From sequence record DRR723986_3403: 64,000 nucleotides of DNA, one strand, 5' to 3'. Positions within the stretch are counted from its first letter, which is position 1. Each line of letters starts with the position of its first letter. A program made the translations under genes and the position numbers. The notes beneath the pieces were generated by a model. That model was not told the origin of the DNA. It saw only the letters and a list, made by a program, of their open reading frames with translations, and did no database searches. Of the stretch, positions 1 to 10,111 are shown one piece after another.

Positions 1-161
1 GGATGTAGCGTTTCCGCGCCTATCTGAGTCGGCTATTCATTCGGTGTAACGCGCTATTCGTCCGTGCGACTCGCACTAGTCTGCCCAAGCGGAATGGGCC
101 GACAACGCGGTTCAGGGCTGCATGGACCGAGAATTTGAACCAGAAGAAATAGAGATCGATC

Positions 162-1373
162 ATGGCGGACTTTGCTCAGAACGGCATCATTGGCACCCTT
201 CACAACTTGCGAGAGCGTTCCACCGACGAGCTCGAGGAAGAGTTGGTCGAGTACTCCGCAGAAGCCCCTATGACCCTTCTGTTGCCTTGCCTGTTTTCGG
301 AGCTTGAGGGCCCGGCGATGGGACCGATTGTTGAGCAGCTATCGAAAGCGACCTACCTGCGTGAAATCATTGTTGGGCTTGATCGTGCCGATGCAAATCA
401 GTTCGAACAGGCGCGAAAGTTCTTCAGCCAGCTACCGCAAAAGCACACCATTCTTTGGAACGATGGCCCGCGTCTGAGAGAGTTGGACAGCGTGCTCAGC
501 GAACGCGGGATTCTGGCCGGTGAGGCGGGCAAGGGGCGAAACGTCTGGTACTGCCTTGGCTACTTCCTGGCTGAAGGGAAAAGCAAGGCGGTGGCACTGC
601 ACGATTGCGACATTATCACCTATGACCGTGCCATCCCCGCGCGGCTGTTTTACCCCTTAGTGCACCCAACGTTTTACTACCAGTTCTGCAAGGGATACTA
701 CTACCGGGCGGCTGACGGAAAGCTAAATGGTCGCGTCGTTCGCCTTCTGGTCACACCTTTGCTGCGGGCCTTGAAGGACACACTCGGTCGACTTGAATAT
801 CTGGACTACATGAGCAGTTTTCGATATCCGCTGGCTGGGGAATTTTCAATGCGAAGCGAGGTTGTCTCGTCGCTTCGGATCCCAAGTGACTGGGGCCTGG
901 AGATCGGCACGCTCAGCGAGATGTACCGGAATTGTAATTTCAATCGCATCTGCCAAGTAGACATTGCTGATGCCTATGATCACAAACACCAGCCGGTCTC
1001 ACTCGACGACCCAACCCGTGGCCTCCACCGAATGGCCAATGATATTTGCAAGGCGTTGTACCGAAAGTTGGCCGTCGATGGTATCGTGTTTTCACCGGGT
1101 TTGTTCCGGACGCTGAAGGCGTGTTACTACCGAACGGCCTTGGATATGATCGAGCACTATTACAACGATGCCGTCATGAGCGGCCTGACGCTAGACCGGC
1201 ACAAGGAAGCGGCAACGGTTGAGCTGTTTGGCGAGATTGTTTCCACTGCTGGAGAAGAATTCTTGCGTGGCTCAACCGAACCACCCTTTGTTCCAAGCTG
1301 GTCTCGAGTCACGAGTGCTGTGCCAGATGTATACAACATGATTCTCGACGCCACCAGCGCCGACAACGCATAG
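162..1373 (+). CDS. gpgS: Glucosyl-3-phosphoglycerate synthase-like glycosyltransferase (GT-A fold)
   Basis: MADFAQNG..TLH start, GKGRNVW, HDCDI (DxD), KGYY, GRVVRLLVTPL, YPLAGEF, DWGLEIG and YDHKHQ match the cyanobacterial/marine GpgS family. A glucosylglycerate-type phosphorylase lies nearby. Confidence 0.8.
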   Translation: MADFAQNGIIGTLHNLRERSTDELEEELVEYSAEAPMTLLLPCLFSELEGPAMGPIVEQLSKATYLREIIVGLDRADANQFEQARKFFSQLPQKHTILWNDGPRLRELDSVLSERGILAGEAGKGRNVWYCLGYFLAEGKSKAVALHDCDIITYDRAIPARLFYPLVHPTFYYQFCKGYYYRAADGKLNGRVVRLLVTPLLRALKDTLGRLEYLDYMSSFRYPLAGEFSMRSEVVSSLRIPSDWGLEIGTLSEMYRNCNFNRICQVDIADAYDHKHQPVSLDDPTRGLHRMANDICKALYRKLAVDGIVFSPGLFRTLKACYYRTALDMIEHYYNDAVMSGLTLDRHKEAATVELFGEIVSTAGEEFLRGSTEPPFVPSWSRVTSAVPDVYNMILDATSADNA

Positions 1374-1455
1374 CGGCCGCTCTCACTTTGGCTGCATTTC
1401 ATTCACCGCCGGGCGTCCCATTTTGCCGCCAACAACTCGCGGCCTGGCGTGGTGT

Positions 1456-1485
1456 TTGACTCCCTCCCCGACGTTTGTCTATGAT
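1456..1485 (+). promoter_or_regulatory. Candidate sigma70 promoter for the 1533 ORF
   Basis: TTGACT (1456-1461), 18-nt spacer, TATGAT (1480-1485). GGGAG precedes ATG 1533. Confidence 0.5.
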
Positions 1486-1532
1486 TTCTTGCGGACAGGT
1501 TGCCTCGAGTGCGCAATAATGGGAGATGAGAC

Positions 1533-2507
1533 ATGCTGTGGCAATTGCTGACTTCAACCGGCGTGATGATTTTGGCTGCTGGCGAGGCCCCCGTACTTCG
1601 CACGCTTGAACTGAAAAAACCGACGGATGAGCATCGTCGTGAAGTTGCCGACCTCCTAACTGAATACGAAATTGCGTCTCTAGAGTTTGACCGCTTCATG
1701 GCTGTTGGGTCCGGTTCGATAACTACCGTTTTTGAGGGAGGAAAGGGCGCTGAAATTCGCGAATTTCGAAGTGTCTTCGCTGAGAATCTGAATGCAAAAC
1801 TTCGACGACTAATTCACAGTCACGATATTCCTTTTCGAGAAGACAGCCGGTCGCGCTCTCCTGGCTTTAGCGTTCTCGGCGAGCCGCATGCAGATTGCCT
1901 AATAAAGGTCGGCCCACCCGACCGTATGTGGCTCGCCAGTGGGCCAACCCGTCTAGCGAATGTTGCCAAAGATGCAAAGCGAAATAGTTACGACCCGTTT
2001 GGAAGCACGTTCAGGTTCCGTTCGTGCAACAATCCATTCTGCATGGCCCAGTTCGGTGTTACGTCGCACTGTCGCTGCCGCTGTCACGAGGTTCACATCC
2101 AAGCGACGCGCCCCGAGAAGCTGACGGGGTATGCGAAGACTGACGGGCTAGTTGTGTTTCGCTGGTTTCATCCGGTGCGCGGTTCCAAGGATCCTGTCGT
2201 CGGAGTGAACGACTATGTAGCTTTACGCGATGGCAAGATAGTTGCTACTGAAGAATGGGTTGGCCAGGATCACTCAGAAAAGGGCGTCCTTGAGTCAGCG
2301 CGTGGCAGTGGCTACCTACAGTCACGCGGAGTTACGACGTGGGGTAAGATTGGTAAATACACAGTCCCGACGCACATTCGATCGAACGATGGGAAGGGCC
2401 TGCGCGAGTTCCAGGTTAAGTTCAAGTGGTTGTTTGACGAACGCGTGCCAGCTGAGCTATTTGAGTCGTCCACTGTTGGTGAATTGCCAGTCGGCAAATA
2501 TTTCTAG
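1533..2507 (+). CDS. Hypothetical protein, probable signal peptide
   Basis: 324-aa ORF with RBS and a hydrophobic N-terminus; no family recognised. Confidence 0.6.
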   Translation: MLWQLLTSTGVMILAAGEAPVLRTLELKKPTDEHRREVADLLTEYEIASLEFDRFMAVGSGSITTVFEGGKGAEIREFRSVFAENLNAKLRRLIHSHDIPFREDSRSRSPGFSVLGEPHADCLIKVGPPDRMWLASGPTRLANVAKDAKRNSYDPFGSTFRFRSCNNPFCMAQFGVTSHCRCRCHEVHIQATRPEKLTGYAKTDGLVVFRWFHPVRGSKDPVVGVNDYVALRDGKIVATEEWVGQDHSEKGVLESARGSGYLQSRGVTTWGKIGKYTVPTHIRSNDGKGLREFQVKFKWLFDERVPAELFESSTVGELPVGKYF

Positions 2508-2834
2508 CGTAAAGGTTCCGAGGAGTTTATGAAAAGGCCCATGCTTGAGGCAGCCGGGGAAACGCGGGTTAGCAGGTTCACGTTATGAACCTTATTCTCG
2601 TGCTGCACTTGAGTCTGCCACGTTCACGGGAGTGACATCTGAAGGCGTCGAGGTGCGGGTGGCGCACGAGATCAAACCGATCAACCAACGGCTAGCGCGC
2701 GTAATGATCAGTGTGACGGAGCTTGTTGATGTCGTAAATGTCTCAACAAAAGACGGAAGCCACGATCTTAGCGTAGAGTTGATGCATTAGCCAATTTGTA
2801 ATGCTTCGGCGCACTGTCCCGCCGCGTCGCCCAA

Positions 2835-4577
2835 TTATTGGCCGTCGCGGTTGCTGATCCACATCGACTGGTAGGGTTCAAGCGTGATGGTTTCGAGTTC
2901 GTCCGTGATGGGTTGTCCGGTGATCAAGTCCTGCCAGTGATCACCAACGATCAGGTTGAGCTCGCTAAGTGGCATTTCCTGAGTCTGACGCGTCATGTTG
3001 TGAATCGCGAAAATGCTCTGGCTGCGATCTCGGCTTTGGCGCCAGAAGCAGAAGATTTCGTCGCGACTTTGAAGCGTAAATTGTGTGGCGTTCGGATGAA
3101 ACGCCTCCTGCCGCGATCGCACTTCCACCCGGCGCAGCAACTCAGCCAAAACAATCGACTGAACTGAATCACTGTCGGCTAGTAAGTTGCCTAGTTCGTC
3201 TCGATCCCATTGGTACCGATTTATGCTTCGCGCACGCTGCGTCTTTTCAAGCAACTCGGTTGCGTTCGGCGTCGCTAGCAGACTGTGGATGTAGATTGCC
3301 GGTATGCCTTCGATGCCAAGTGCGACTGTTTGCGATGCCAGGAAACGCTGCACCTGCAAATCGTCTTCGGAATCAACTGTTCCCTTGAACGCGTCAAACA
3401 ACGAGACGTTCATTTCGTAAATTCGTTCTGAGCCATCGGCGGTGCGACGTGTTGAAAATTGCCCGCCGTGCCGACGAATGGTCTCGACCAACTGAAACTG
3501 CTCATGATCGCTCAACAGACCCTCGGCGGGCCTCATGCCGATTCCATCATGAGACGCAGTGAAATTCAGATAGGTGCAATTGTCTGGTGCGGGCGGCATG
3601 CTCATCATCCACCGCTTCAGATATTCCGCCGTGCCGGTCAACAGTGCATGAACCAGCAAGGGGGCTAGGCTGAAATTGTAGATCGCATGCGCTTCATTGC
3701 GATTGCCGAAATAGGTCAGGTTCTCGTGGTTGGGAACGTTCGTTTCTGTGATCAGGACGGTGCCGGGTGCAAAGTGATCACAGATCGTCCGAATCATGCG
3801 AACGACTTCATGCGTCTGCGGAAGGTGGATACAAGTCGTCCCGGCTTCCTTCCATAGATACCCGACGGCATCGAGACGCAGGATCTGCGCGCCTTGTGCG
3901 ATGTATTCGGCAATCACCTCTAGCATTGCCAGGAGGACTGCTGGGTTGGCAAAATTCAAGTCAATCTGATCGTGGCCAAATGTACACCACACCTGTTTGA
4001 CCCCGCCGGGCGTATTGGTTGCCCTTAACAAGGGCGTTGCGCGGGGACGCACCACCTGCGTGAGATCATCATCCAATGTGGCTTCGATAAAGAAGCCTTC
4101 ACGCTGCGGCTCGCCAGCTTGGTACTCTTGAAACCAATAGTGACGGGACGAAATATGGTTGATGACCAGGTCAGCCATCAGTCGGCTGCTGTGAGCAATC
4201 CGCTTGACGTCGTCCCAATCGCCCAGGTCCTCACGGACCTTCATGTAGTCCTCTACCGCAAAGCCGTCATCACTACTGAAAGGAAAGAACGGCAGGATGT
4301 GAATTGCCGACAATCGATCCTTGCAGTGCTGATCCCAGAAATCGGCCAGCGTTTTCAGCGGTGGCTCGTCCTGGGCTAGGATGGAATCGGCGTAGGTTAT
4401 CAATAAACAATCTTCTTGCGACCACGGATTGGCGGCTCGCTGCGGATCGTTGGCGAGTTTGCGGTCAAAGATCTTGCATATACGTTCCGAGAGCTCCGCG
4501 TGATCGGATCCACCAGGGTATAGGAACTCAAGGTGACGGAGCAGTTGCTCGGGGAAAGAATCTGGTGTGGCTGTCAT
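2835..4577 (-). CDS. GH13_18 sugar phosphorylase, probably glucosylglycerate phosphorylase
   Basis: LITYADS, HILPFFPFSSDDGF, DLVINH, RLDAVGYLWK, ITETNVP, ASHDGIG, YEMN and RSINR. ETN and YE-x-N are the glucosylglycerate-type variants. Start trimmed to ATG 4577 (ORF track begins at 4700). Confidence 0.82.
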   Translation of the reverse strand: MTATPDSFPEQLLRHLEFLYPGGSDHAELSERICKIFDRKLANDPQRAANPWSQEDCLLITYADSILAQDEPPLKTLADFWDQHCKDRLSAIHILPFFPFSSDDGFAVEDYMKVREDLGDWDDVKRIAHSSRLMADLVINHISSRHYWFQEYQAGEPQREGFFIEATLDDDLTQVVRPRATPLLRATNTPGGVKQVWCTFGHDQIDLNFANPAVLLAMLEVIAEYIAQGAQILRLDAVGYLWKEAGTTCIHLPQTHEVVRMIRTICDHFAPGTVLITETNVPNHENLTYFGNRNEAHAIYNFSLAPLLVHALLTGTAEYLKRWMMSMPPAPDNCTYLNFTASHDGIGMRPAEGLLSDHEQFQLVETIRRHGGQFSTRRTADGSERIYEMNVSLFDAFKGTVDSEDDLQVQRFLASQTVALGIEGIPAIYIHSLLATPNATELLEKTQRARSINRYQWDRDELGNLLADSDSVQSIVLAELLRRVEVRSRQEAFHPNATQFTLQSRDEIFCFWRQSRDRSQSIFAIHNMTRQTQEMPLSELNLIVGDHWQDLITGQPITDELETITLEPYQSMWISNRDGQ

Positions 4578-4859
4578 GGCGGAAGTCGTCTTAAAGGTGG
4601 GGCAGCTAGTGCCGGCCCAAACTCCTGGTGCAAAAAAATGATTGGTGTGCAGCCAGCTTGGTACGCGGCCTTCAAAGCCCCAGCTAACCGGCACTCGCAC
4701 TCCGGTCCGCCATTACCTAAGTGCTCGAGTTGATTGCAATATGAAAACCGGGCAGTGTCAAATGCCTAGCAAGGTTTTGTTCTGAGATTTCGCGTATTTC
4801 AGATTCTCACGCTACCGAACGCAGCATTGAATGCCGGTCTGGTAGGCGCGTTGTGCCAA

Positions 4860-5588
4860 TCAGTTGCTGCGTGTCGCTATTCGACCAAGAATTCTGGCTA
4901 GGATTTTTCGTTCCAAGGCCGTGTCGCGACCAATTTCATACCAGCCAAGCGTAGCAGGAAGCTGCCGCAGTTGGTTTTCATTACGGACGATGGTGCCGTC
5001 ATGACGCTGAGCCGCTGAGCCCGCTGCTGAGAACTGAGACTGGTCTACATCCTCCTGTTCTTTGATCACACGCACTTCAATGATGTAGCCAGTTGCGTCC
5101 GGTATTACCATCACCGTGGCGGTTCGCCGGATTGTTTGAAAAGTGCTCTGTAGTTTCTCGTAGCCGGAAGTCTCCCGCCGATGTGGCTCGAAGATGGTTC
5201 CGCTGATCTCCGGGTAGGTGACTAGCTTGCCTTCTTGGATGCGATCGGCCCGACGCCGTACCGGTTCCTCGGATTCGAAATCAGAGAAGTAGTCGTCGAC
5301 CGAGTCAGCGACTTGCTCCCATAAATACTGTGGGTCCATGTTGGGAACATGGGACGGATTGTTGACAGGCACCTCGATGGGCATCGGAGCTGATGGAGGT
5401 AGCGGCAACGGAGGCAGTCGCCGGCAACCGAGCGCAGCGACCACGCAAGTAACAGCAATTGCGACCCAACGAAGCCGCGTTGGATCACTCCCGCTTGCAT
5501 CGCCGGCAAATGAATCGCAGGTAGTTGCTGCGGAGCGACCGAACGAGTCGCCTGAGTTTTGATGTGAGTGCGTCCGCTTGGTCCGCAT
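4860..5588 (-). CDS. Conserved planctomycete-type hypothetical protein, probable lipoprotein
   Basis: Hydrophobic stretch ending in a lipobox-like AALGC, then a Pro-rich linker. ATG is 3 nt after the parA stop. Confidence 0.65.
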   Translation of the reverse strand: MRTKRTHSHQNSGDSFGRSAATTCDSFAGDASGSDPTRLRWVAIAVTCVVAALGCRRLPPLPLPPSAPMPIEVPVNNPSHVPNMDPQYLWEQVADSVDDYFSDFESEEPVRRRADRIQEGKLVTYPEISGTIFEPHRRETSGYEKLQSTFQTIRRTATVMVIPDATGYIIEVRVIKEQEDVDQSQFSAAGSAAQRHDGTIVRNENQLRQLPATLGWYEIGRDTALERKILARILGRIATRSN

Positions 5589-5591
5589 TGC

Positions 5592-6473
5592 TTAGGCCGC
5601 CTTGGAAGCAACTAGCTCAGTGGCATCCGCCTGTTCTGTAGCGGTTTCCGCTGTATCCAGAGAATCGTCGCTACCGGCTACTTCCTCAGACAACCCAAGT
5701 ACCTCGCGACTCAACCGAGTGTAATCCTCAGCTCCATTGGACGTTGGAGCGTATTGGAAAATCGATTGTCCGAAACTTGGGGCTTCTGCCAAGCGAATAT
5801 TGCGGCGGATGCGCGTCTCGAAGAACTTGGCTCCCGACCAAACGCCTTCGCTCTTGGTTTGAATGTCTAGGAATTCAGCCACGTCTCGCGAGACTTCGGC
5901 AGCGAGCCGCGTTCCTGATTCGTACATGCACAATACGACGCCCGATAGGTGCAACGATGGATTGAGCCGTTTGGCAACAATTTCGATCGTCTTCAGCAGT
6001 TTGCTCAGACCATGCAGAGCAAGGAAGTGCGGCTGGAGCGGCAGGAAGACTTCATCCACGGCCGTTAGCGCATTAAGCGTCAGGACTCCCAGCGATGGCG
6101 GACAGTCTAGGATTAGGAAATCGAATTCCTCTTCGTCCAATTCCAGTTTGTCTCGCAGAATAACCTCGCGGCCGACTTCACCAGCGAGCTCCATTTCGGC
6201 TGCGGCCAGGTCTAGATTGGAAGGAACGACTGCTAAATTGTCGCCCACCCAAACACGAGCATCTTCAATGGAAGCGTCCCCGCACAGAATGTCATAAACA
6301 CTCGTCTGGCCATTCATGACCGACAATCCAAGGTGCAGTGACGCGTGCGCCTGAGGATCGAGATCAATCACGCAAACCCGACACCCTTGCTCGGCCAAGG
6401 CCGCGGCCAAGTTGACTGCAGACGTCGTTTTTCCAACGCCGCCTTTTTGATTGATTACTGCCAGAGAACGCAT
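5592..6473 (-). CDS. ParA/Soj family ATPase
   Basis: [10 protein letters not shown] deviant Walker [17 protein letters not shown] and [14 protein letters not shown]. Start at ATG 6473. Confidence 0.93.
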   Translation of the reverse strand: MRSLAVINQKGGVGKTTSAVNLAAALAEQGCRVCVIDLDPQAHASLHLGLSVMNGQTSVYDILCGDASIEDARVWVGDNLAVVPSNLDLAAAEMELAGEVGREVILRDKLELDEEEFDFLILDCPPSLGVLTLNALTAVDEVFLPLQPHFLALHGLSKLLKTIEIVAKRLNPSLHLSGVVLCMYESGTRLAAEVSRDVAEFLDIQTKSEGVWSGAKFFETRIRRNIRLAEAPSFGQSIFQYAPTSNGAEDYTRLSREVLGLSEEVAGSDDSLDTAETATEQADATELVASKAA

Positions 6474-6764
6474 GGAGACAACTCCCTTTGGTGTTCGCCG
6501 ATTCTCGCTGCCGCGTTGAATCAAGCCTGGAATCCCTATCTTGCTGGCGACTATACGAAATGTCTGCCGCGGATCGCCAGTGCGTTTTTGCGGTGCCAGC
6601 CAGCGAGAGTTGCTAGCAAACTTGGCTGGTTTTGCGCGATGACGCGGTGACCGCCAAATCGTCGGCTCGGCGATAGCTATACTGCGTCCACAGTTGATCT
6701 GAATCGCCCACAGCTACTTCTGATATTTCTTGTACCCGCAAGCGTCTATTTGGCAGCCCCAGTT

Positions 6765-8135
6765 ATGCGTCCTTCACTGAAGTTGTGTTTGCTAGCCCTA
6801 TCGCTAGTTGTTGCCATCCCCAGTTTCGCATTTGCCGAGGAAGCGGGCGCTGCTGCTCCGATTAAGAACGACGCCGTCATACTCGGAATCCTGCTTGTCA
6901 TTTTGGGCTTTGTGTTTTGGTCGTCCAATAGCAGCATCCGTGTCTTCAAAGGGTTTTACTCGATCGTCCCAATGCTGCTGATGTGCTACTTCCTGCCATC
7001 GCTACTGACGCTTTCTGGATTGGTCGACCCTGAAGCTTCGAATTTGTACAAAGTCGCATCGCGTTACCTTTTGCCAGCCAGCATCGTTTTGCTGACGCTG
7101 AGCGTCGACTTGAGGGCCGTTTTTCGACTCGGGCCCAAAGCGCTCATCATGTTTTTAACCGGCACAATTGGTGTCGTGATCGGTGGACCGCTAGCGATCC
7201 TGTTGGTGCAATTCGTTGCTCCCGATATCGTGGGCGGCGAAGGCCCCGACGCGGTATGGCGAGGATTCACGACCGTTGCGGGAAGCTGGATTGGTGGAGG
7301 TGCCAATCAGGTCGCCATGAAGGAGATCTTTGAACCATCGGAAGATCTCTTTAGTGCCATGATCGCAGTGGACGTTCTGGTTGCCGAGTTTTGGATGATG
7401 TTCCTTCTGCTCGGTGTTGGGAAAGCAAAGTTGATCGACGAAAAATTTTCCGCAGACGCATCCAGTGTGACACGACTGCAGGAGAAGATGGAGAACTTTC
7501 GCCTTGAGCACGAACGGATTCCGTCCACGACGGATCTTTTTGTTATTTTGGCTGTCGGTTTCGCTGGCGTTGCATTGGCGCACGCTGGCAGCGACTACAT
7601 CACGCCCATTGTTGAGGCAAAGGCTAAGGACATAGCCGATTTGCGTGATACCAGCGCGTTCTACTTTGCCGCCAATCTAGTCATGTCCAGCGTGGCCAGC
7701 GGATTCTTCTGGATCGTCGTGATCGCGACTCTCTTTGGCGTGGCGGTATCATTCACACCCGCAAGAAAACTGGAAGGAGCCGGCGCGTCACGGATCGGCT
7801 CAGTGTTCATTTTCATTCTGGTTGCAACGATTGGTATGAAAATGAATCTGGCGGCGATCGCAGACAATTCCGCGTTGTTCATCGTGGGGCTAATCTGGAT
7901 GGCGATACACGTCGGCCTACTGTTGCTGGTTGGCTATTTGATTCGCGCACCTTACTTCTTCCTGGCCGTCGGCAGTAAAGCGAACATTGGTGGGGCCGCA
8001 AGTGCTCCGGTTGTCGCGGCGGCATTTCACCCAAGTCTGGCACCGGTCGGCGTGCTGCTGGCCGTACTAGGTTACGTCCTGGGCACCTTCGGCGCGTGGC
8101 TGTGCGGTATCATGATGCAAGCCATTTCAAGCTAA
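6765..8135 (+). CDS. DUF819 family multi-pass membrane protein
   Basis: Many TM helices; GSWIGGGAN and GSKANIGGAASAPVVAAAF motifs. Confidence 0.85.
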   Translation: MRPSLKLCLLALSLVVAIPSFAFAEEAGAAAPIKNDAVILGILLVILGFVFWSSNSSIRVFKGFYSIVPMLLMCYFLPSLLTLSGLVDPEASNLYKVASRYLLPASIVLLTLSVDLRAVFRLGPKALIMFLTGTIGVVIGGPLAILLVQFVAPDIVGGEGPDAVWRGFTTVAGSWIGGGANQVAMKEIFEPSEDLFSAMIAVDVLVAEFWMMFLLLGVGKAKLIDEKFSADASSVTRLQEKMENFRLEHERIPSTTDLFVILAVGFAGVALAHAGSDYITPIVEAKAKDIADLRDTSAFYFAANLVMSSVASGFFWIVVIATLFGVAVSFTPARKLEGAGASRIGSVFIFILVATIGMKMNLAAIADNSALFIVGLIWMAIHVGLLLLVGYLIRAPYFFLAVGSKANIGGAASAPVVAAAFHPSLAPVGVLLAVLGYVLGTFGAWLCGIMMQAISS

Positions 8136-8166
8136 CGGCCCAATAAAAATTCTTGGCGAGGATTCT

Positions 8167-10047
8167 ATGCGTTCGGTTCGAAAAACGTTCGTGCGTCGAC
8201 GTTCAATCTACTTCTTCGTTGTGCACGCAGCACTGGTTGCGTCCCTTTGCATATTTCCAGATCGAAACGCAATCGCCGATGGGAATCAGCAAGAGTGTCG
8301 CATCTGGCATCCGGTTGAACTCTCTTTTGAAGGCCCACCGTGCAGTGAAGATGATGACGTCAATCCGTTCACCGATTACCGATTGGATGTCGAGTTTCGC
8401 CAGGGAGAACGTTCACTGAGCGTGCGTGGATTCTTCGCAGCCGACGGCGATGCGGCCAACTCGGGTGCATCTTCAGGAAACGTTTGGCGAGTCCGGTTCA
8501 CGCTCGACCGGACTGGCCAATGGAATTACACAGCGCGCCTCCGACGTGGAACGGATGTCGCCATCGCCCCTGGGCAAGGAGAACCGATTGCTGCTTTTCC
8601 TGACCAAGAAGGGACTCTGACTGTCGCTGGTCCCAAAGCTACGACTTCGCAGCCGGTGAGTTTTTACGACCGTGGTTTCCTGATTGCCGATGGCGGCTAC
8701 TTTCGCTTCGCGCATGACCAATCTCCATGGTTAAAGGGAGGAGCCAACAGTCCAGAGAACCTCTTGGCTTACACGGACTTTGACGACACGCGGCGTCTTG
8801 AGGCAGAGGCTCGCGATGGTGAAGCAGCCGCGCCGGAACAGATCCACTCCTACCGGCCCCATCTGCAAGACTGGACCGCCGGCGATCCCACCTGGCAAGA
8901 GACAAAAGGTAAGGGCCTGATCGGTGGGATCAACTACCTTGCCAGCCGCGGCGTCAACAGCATGTACTTTCTGACGATGAACATCGGTGGCGATGGCAAA
9001 GACGTTTGGCCCTATGCCAACCCCGACGACTTCACACGATTCGATTGCAGTAAGTTGGACCAGTGGAATATCGTGTTCACTCACATGCAATCCAAGGGCA
9101 TCGCTTTGCACGTTGTAACCCAGGAGACTGAGAATGAACGCATGCTAGACGGTGGTGATACAGCACGAATGCGAAAGCTCTACTATGCTGAATTAATCTC
9201 CCGCTTTGCACACCACCCAGCACTCATCTGGGATCTCGGCGAAGAGAACGGACCTGCGGACTTTTCGCCAGATGGTCAAAATGACGCTCAACGCAAGAGC
9301 ATGGCCGATTATTTTGCGGAAAACGATCCCTATGGGCACCCGATCGTTATTCACACGCATGCTACTGCTCAGGGCAAAGAGGATATATTACCTCCGCTGC
9401 TTGGCCATCAATCACTGGACGGAGTTTCATTTCAAGTTCATGAACCGATGCTGGTCGCTGAACAAATTGTCGAGTGGCACAAGCGGAGCGAGGCATCAGG
9501 GAAACGTTGGCTGATCTCCATGGATGAGATTGGCAAGTGGCACACGGGCGTCGTACCAGACAGTATGGACAGCAGTCACGATATCTTGCGCCGGCACGTT
9601 CTCTGGGGCAGTTATATGTCCGGGGCGGCTGGCGTCGAATGGTACTTTGGGGCCAAGCAGCCGCACAACGACCTGACCTGTGAAGATTGGCGACAGCGGG
9701 ATGAAATGTGGCGACAAACAACCCTCGCTCGGCATTTCTTCGAGCAGCATTTGCCCTTTACCGAAATGCAGCCTGCACCGGAGTTAACCACCTCTGGCGA
9801 GTTGCTGTGCTATGCAAAGCCAGCCGCGGCGGGGCCACAGACCGTCGTCATTTATCTTCCGCAGGGAAATGAAGCAGTTGAGCTATTGCTGAAACAGCCT
9901 ACCGAATACTCCGTGCGTTGGTTCGACCCAATTGAGGGAGGCAATCTGCGTAAAGGTTTGCTTGTTGCGTCCGAAGAAAGCGAGCAGGCCGCAAAGGCGA
10001 CGCCTCCGACGAGTGATCGTGACTGGGTTTTGTTGATAGAAAAATAG
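8167..10047 (+). CDS. Secreted DUF5060-domain protein with a glycoside-hydrolase-like TIM barrel and C-terminal beta domain
   Basis: Signal peptide; NPFTDYRLDVEF..GFFAADG..WRVRF (DUF5060-like); WDLGEEN and MDEIG as candidate catalytic glutamates; VRWFDP C-terminal motif. Confidence 0.72.
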   Translation: MRSVRKTFVRRRSIYFFVVHAALVASLCIFPDRNAIADGNQQECRIWHPVELSFEGPPCSEDDDVNPFTDYRLDVEFRQGERSLSVRGFFAADGDAANSGASSGNVWRVRFTLDRTGQWNYTARLRRGTDVAIAPGQGEPIAAFPDQEGTLTVAGPKATTSQPVSFYDRGFLIADGGYFRFAHDQSPWLKGGANSPENLLAYTDFDDTRRLEAEARDGEAAAPEQIHSYRPHLQDWTAGDPTWQETKGKGLIGGINYLASRGVNSMYFLTMNIGGDGKDVWPYANPDDFTRFDCSKLDQWNIVFTHMQSKGIALHVVTQETENERMLDGGDTARMRKLYYAELISRFAHHPALIWDLGEENGPADFSPDGQNDAQRKSMADYFAENDPYGHPIVIHTHATAQGKEDILPPLLGHQSLDGVSFQVHEPMLVAEQIVEWHKRSEASGKRWLISMDEIGKWHTGVVPDSMDSSHDILRRHVLWGSYMSGAAGVEWYFGAKQPHNDLTCEDWRQRDEMWRQTTLARHFFEQHLPFTEMQPAPELTTSGELLCYAKPAAAGPQTVVIYLPQGNEAVELLLKQPTEYSVRWFDPIEGGNLRKGLLVASEESEQAAKATPPTSDRDWVLLIEK

Positions 10048-10080
10048 CCGCTCAATCGCACTGGCGAATGGCGGCTGTTT
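10042..10080. terminator. Hairpin between convergent genes, probably a bidirectional terminator
   Basis: AAATAGCCGC pairs with GCGGCTGTTT (one G-U), with an inner TCGC/GCGA stem. Confidence 0.6.
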
Positions 10081-10111
10081 AATAACGCGTGTCTTTGACC
10101 AAGGCGTTCGA

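Noticed and set aside
2545-2790. 81-aa ORF after the orphan gene
   Set aside because: TTG start, no clear RBS and no recognisable motif.
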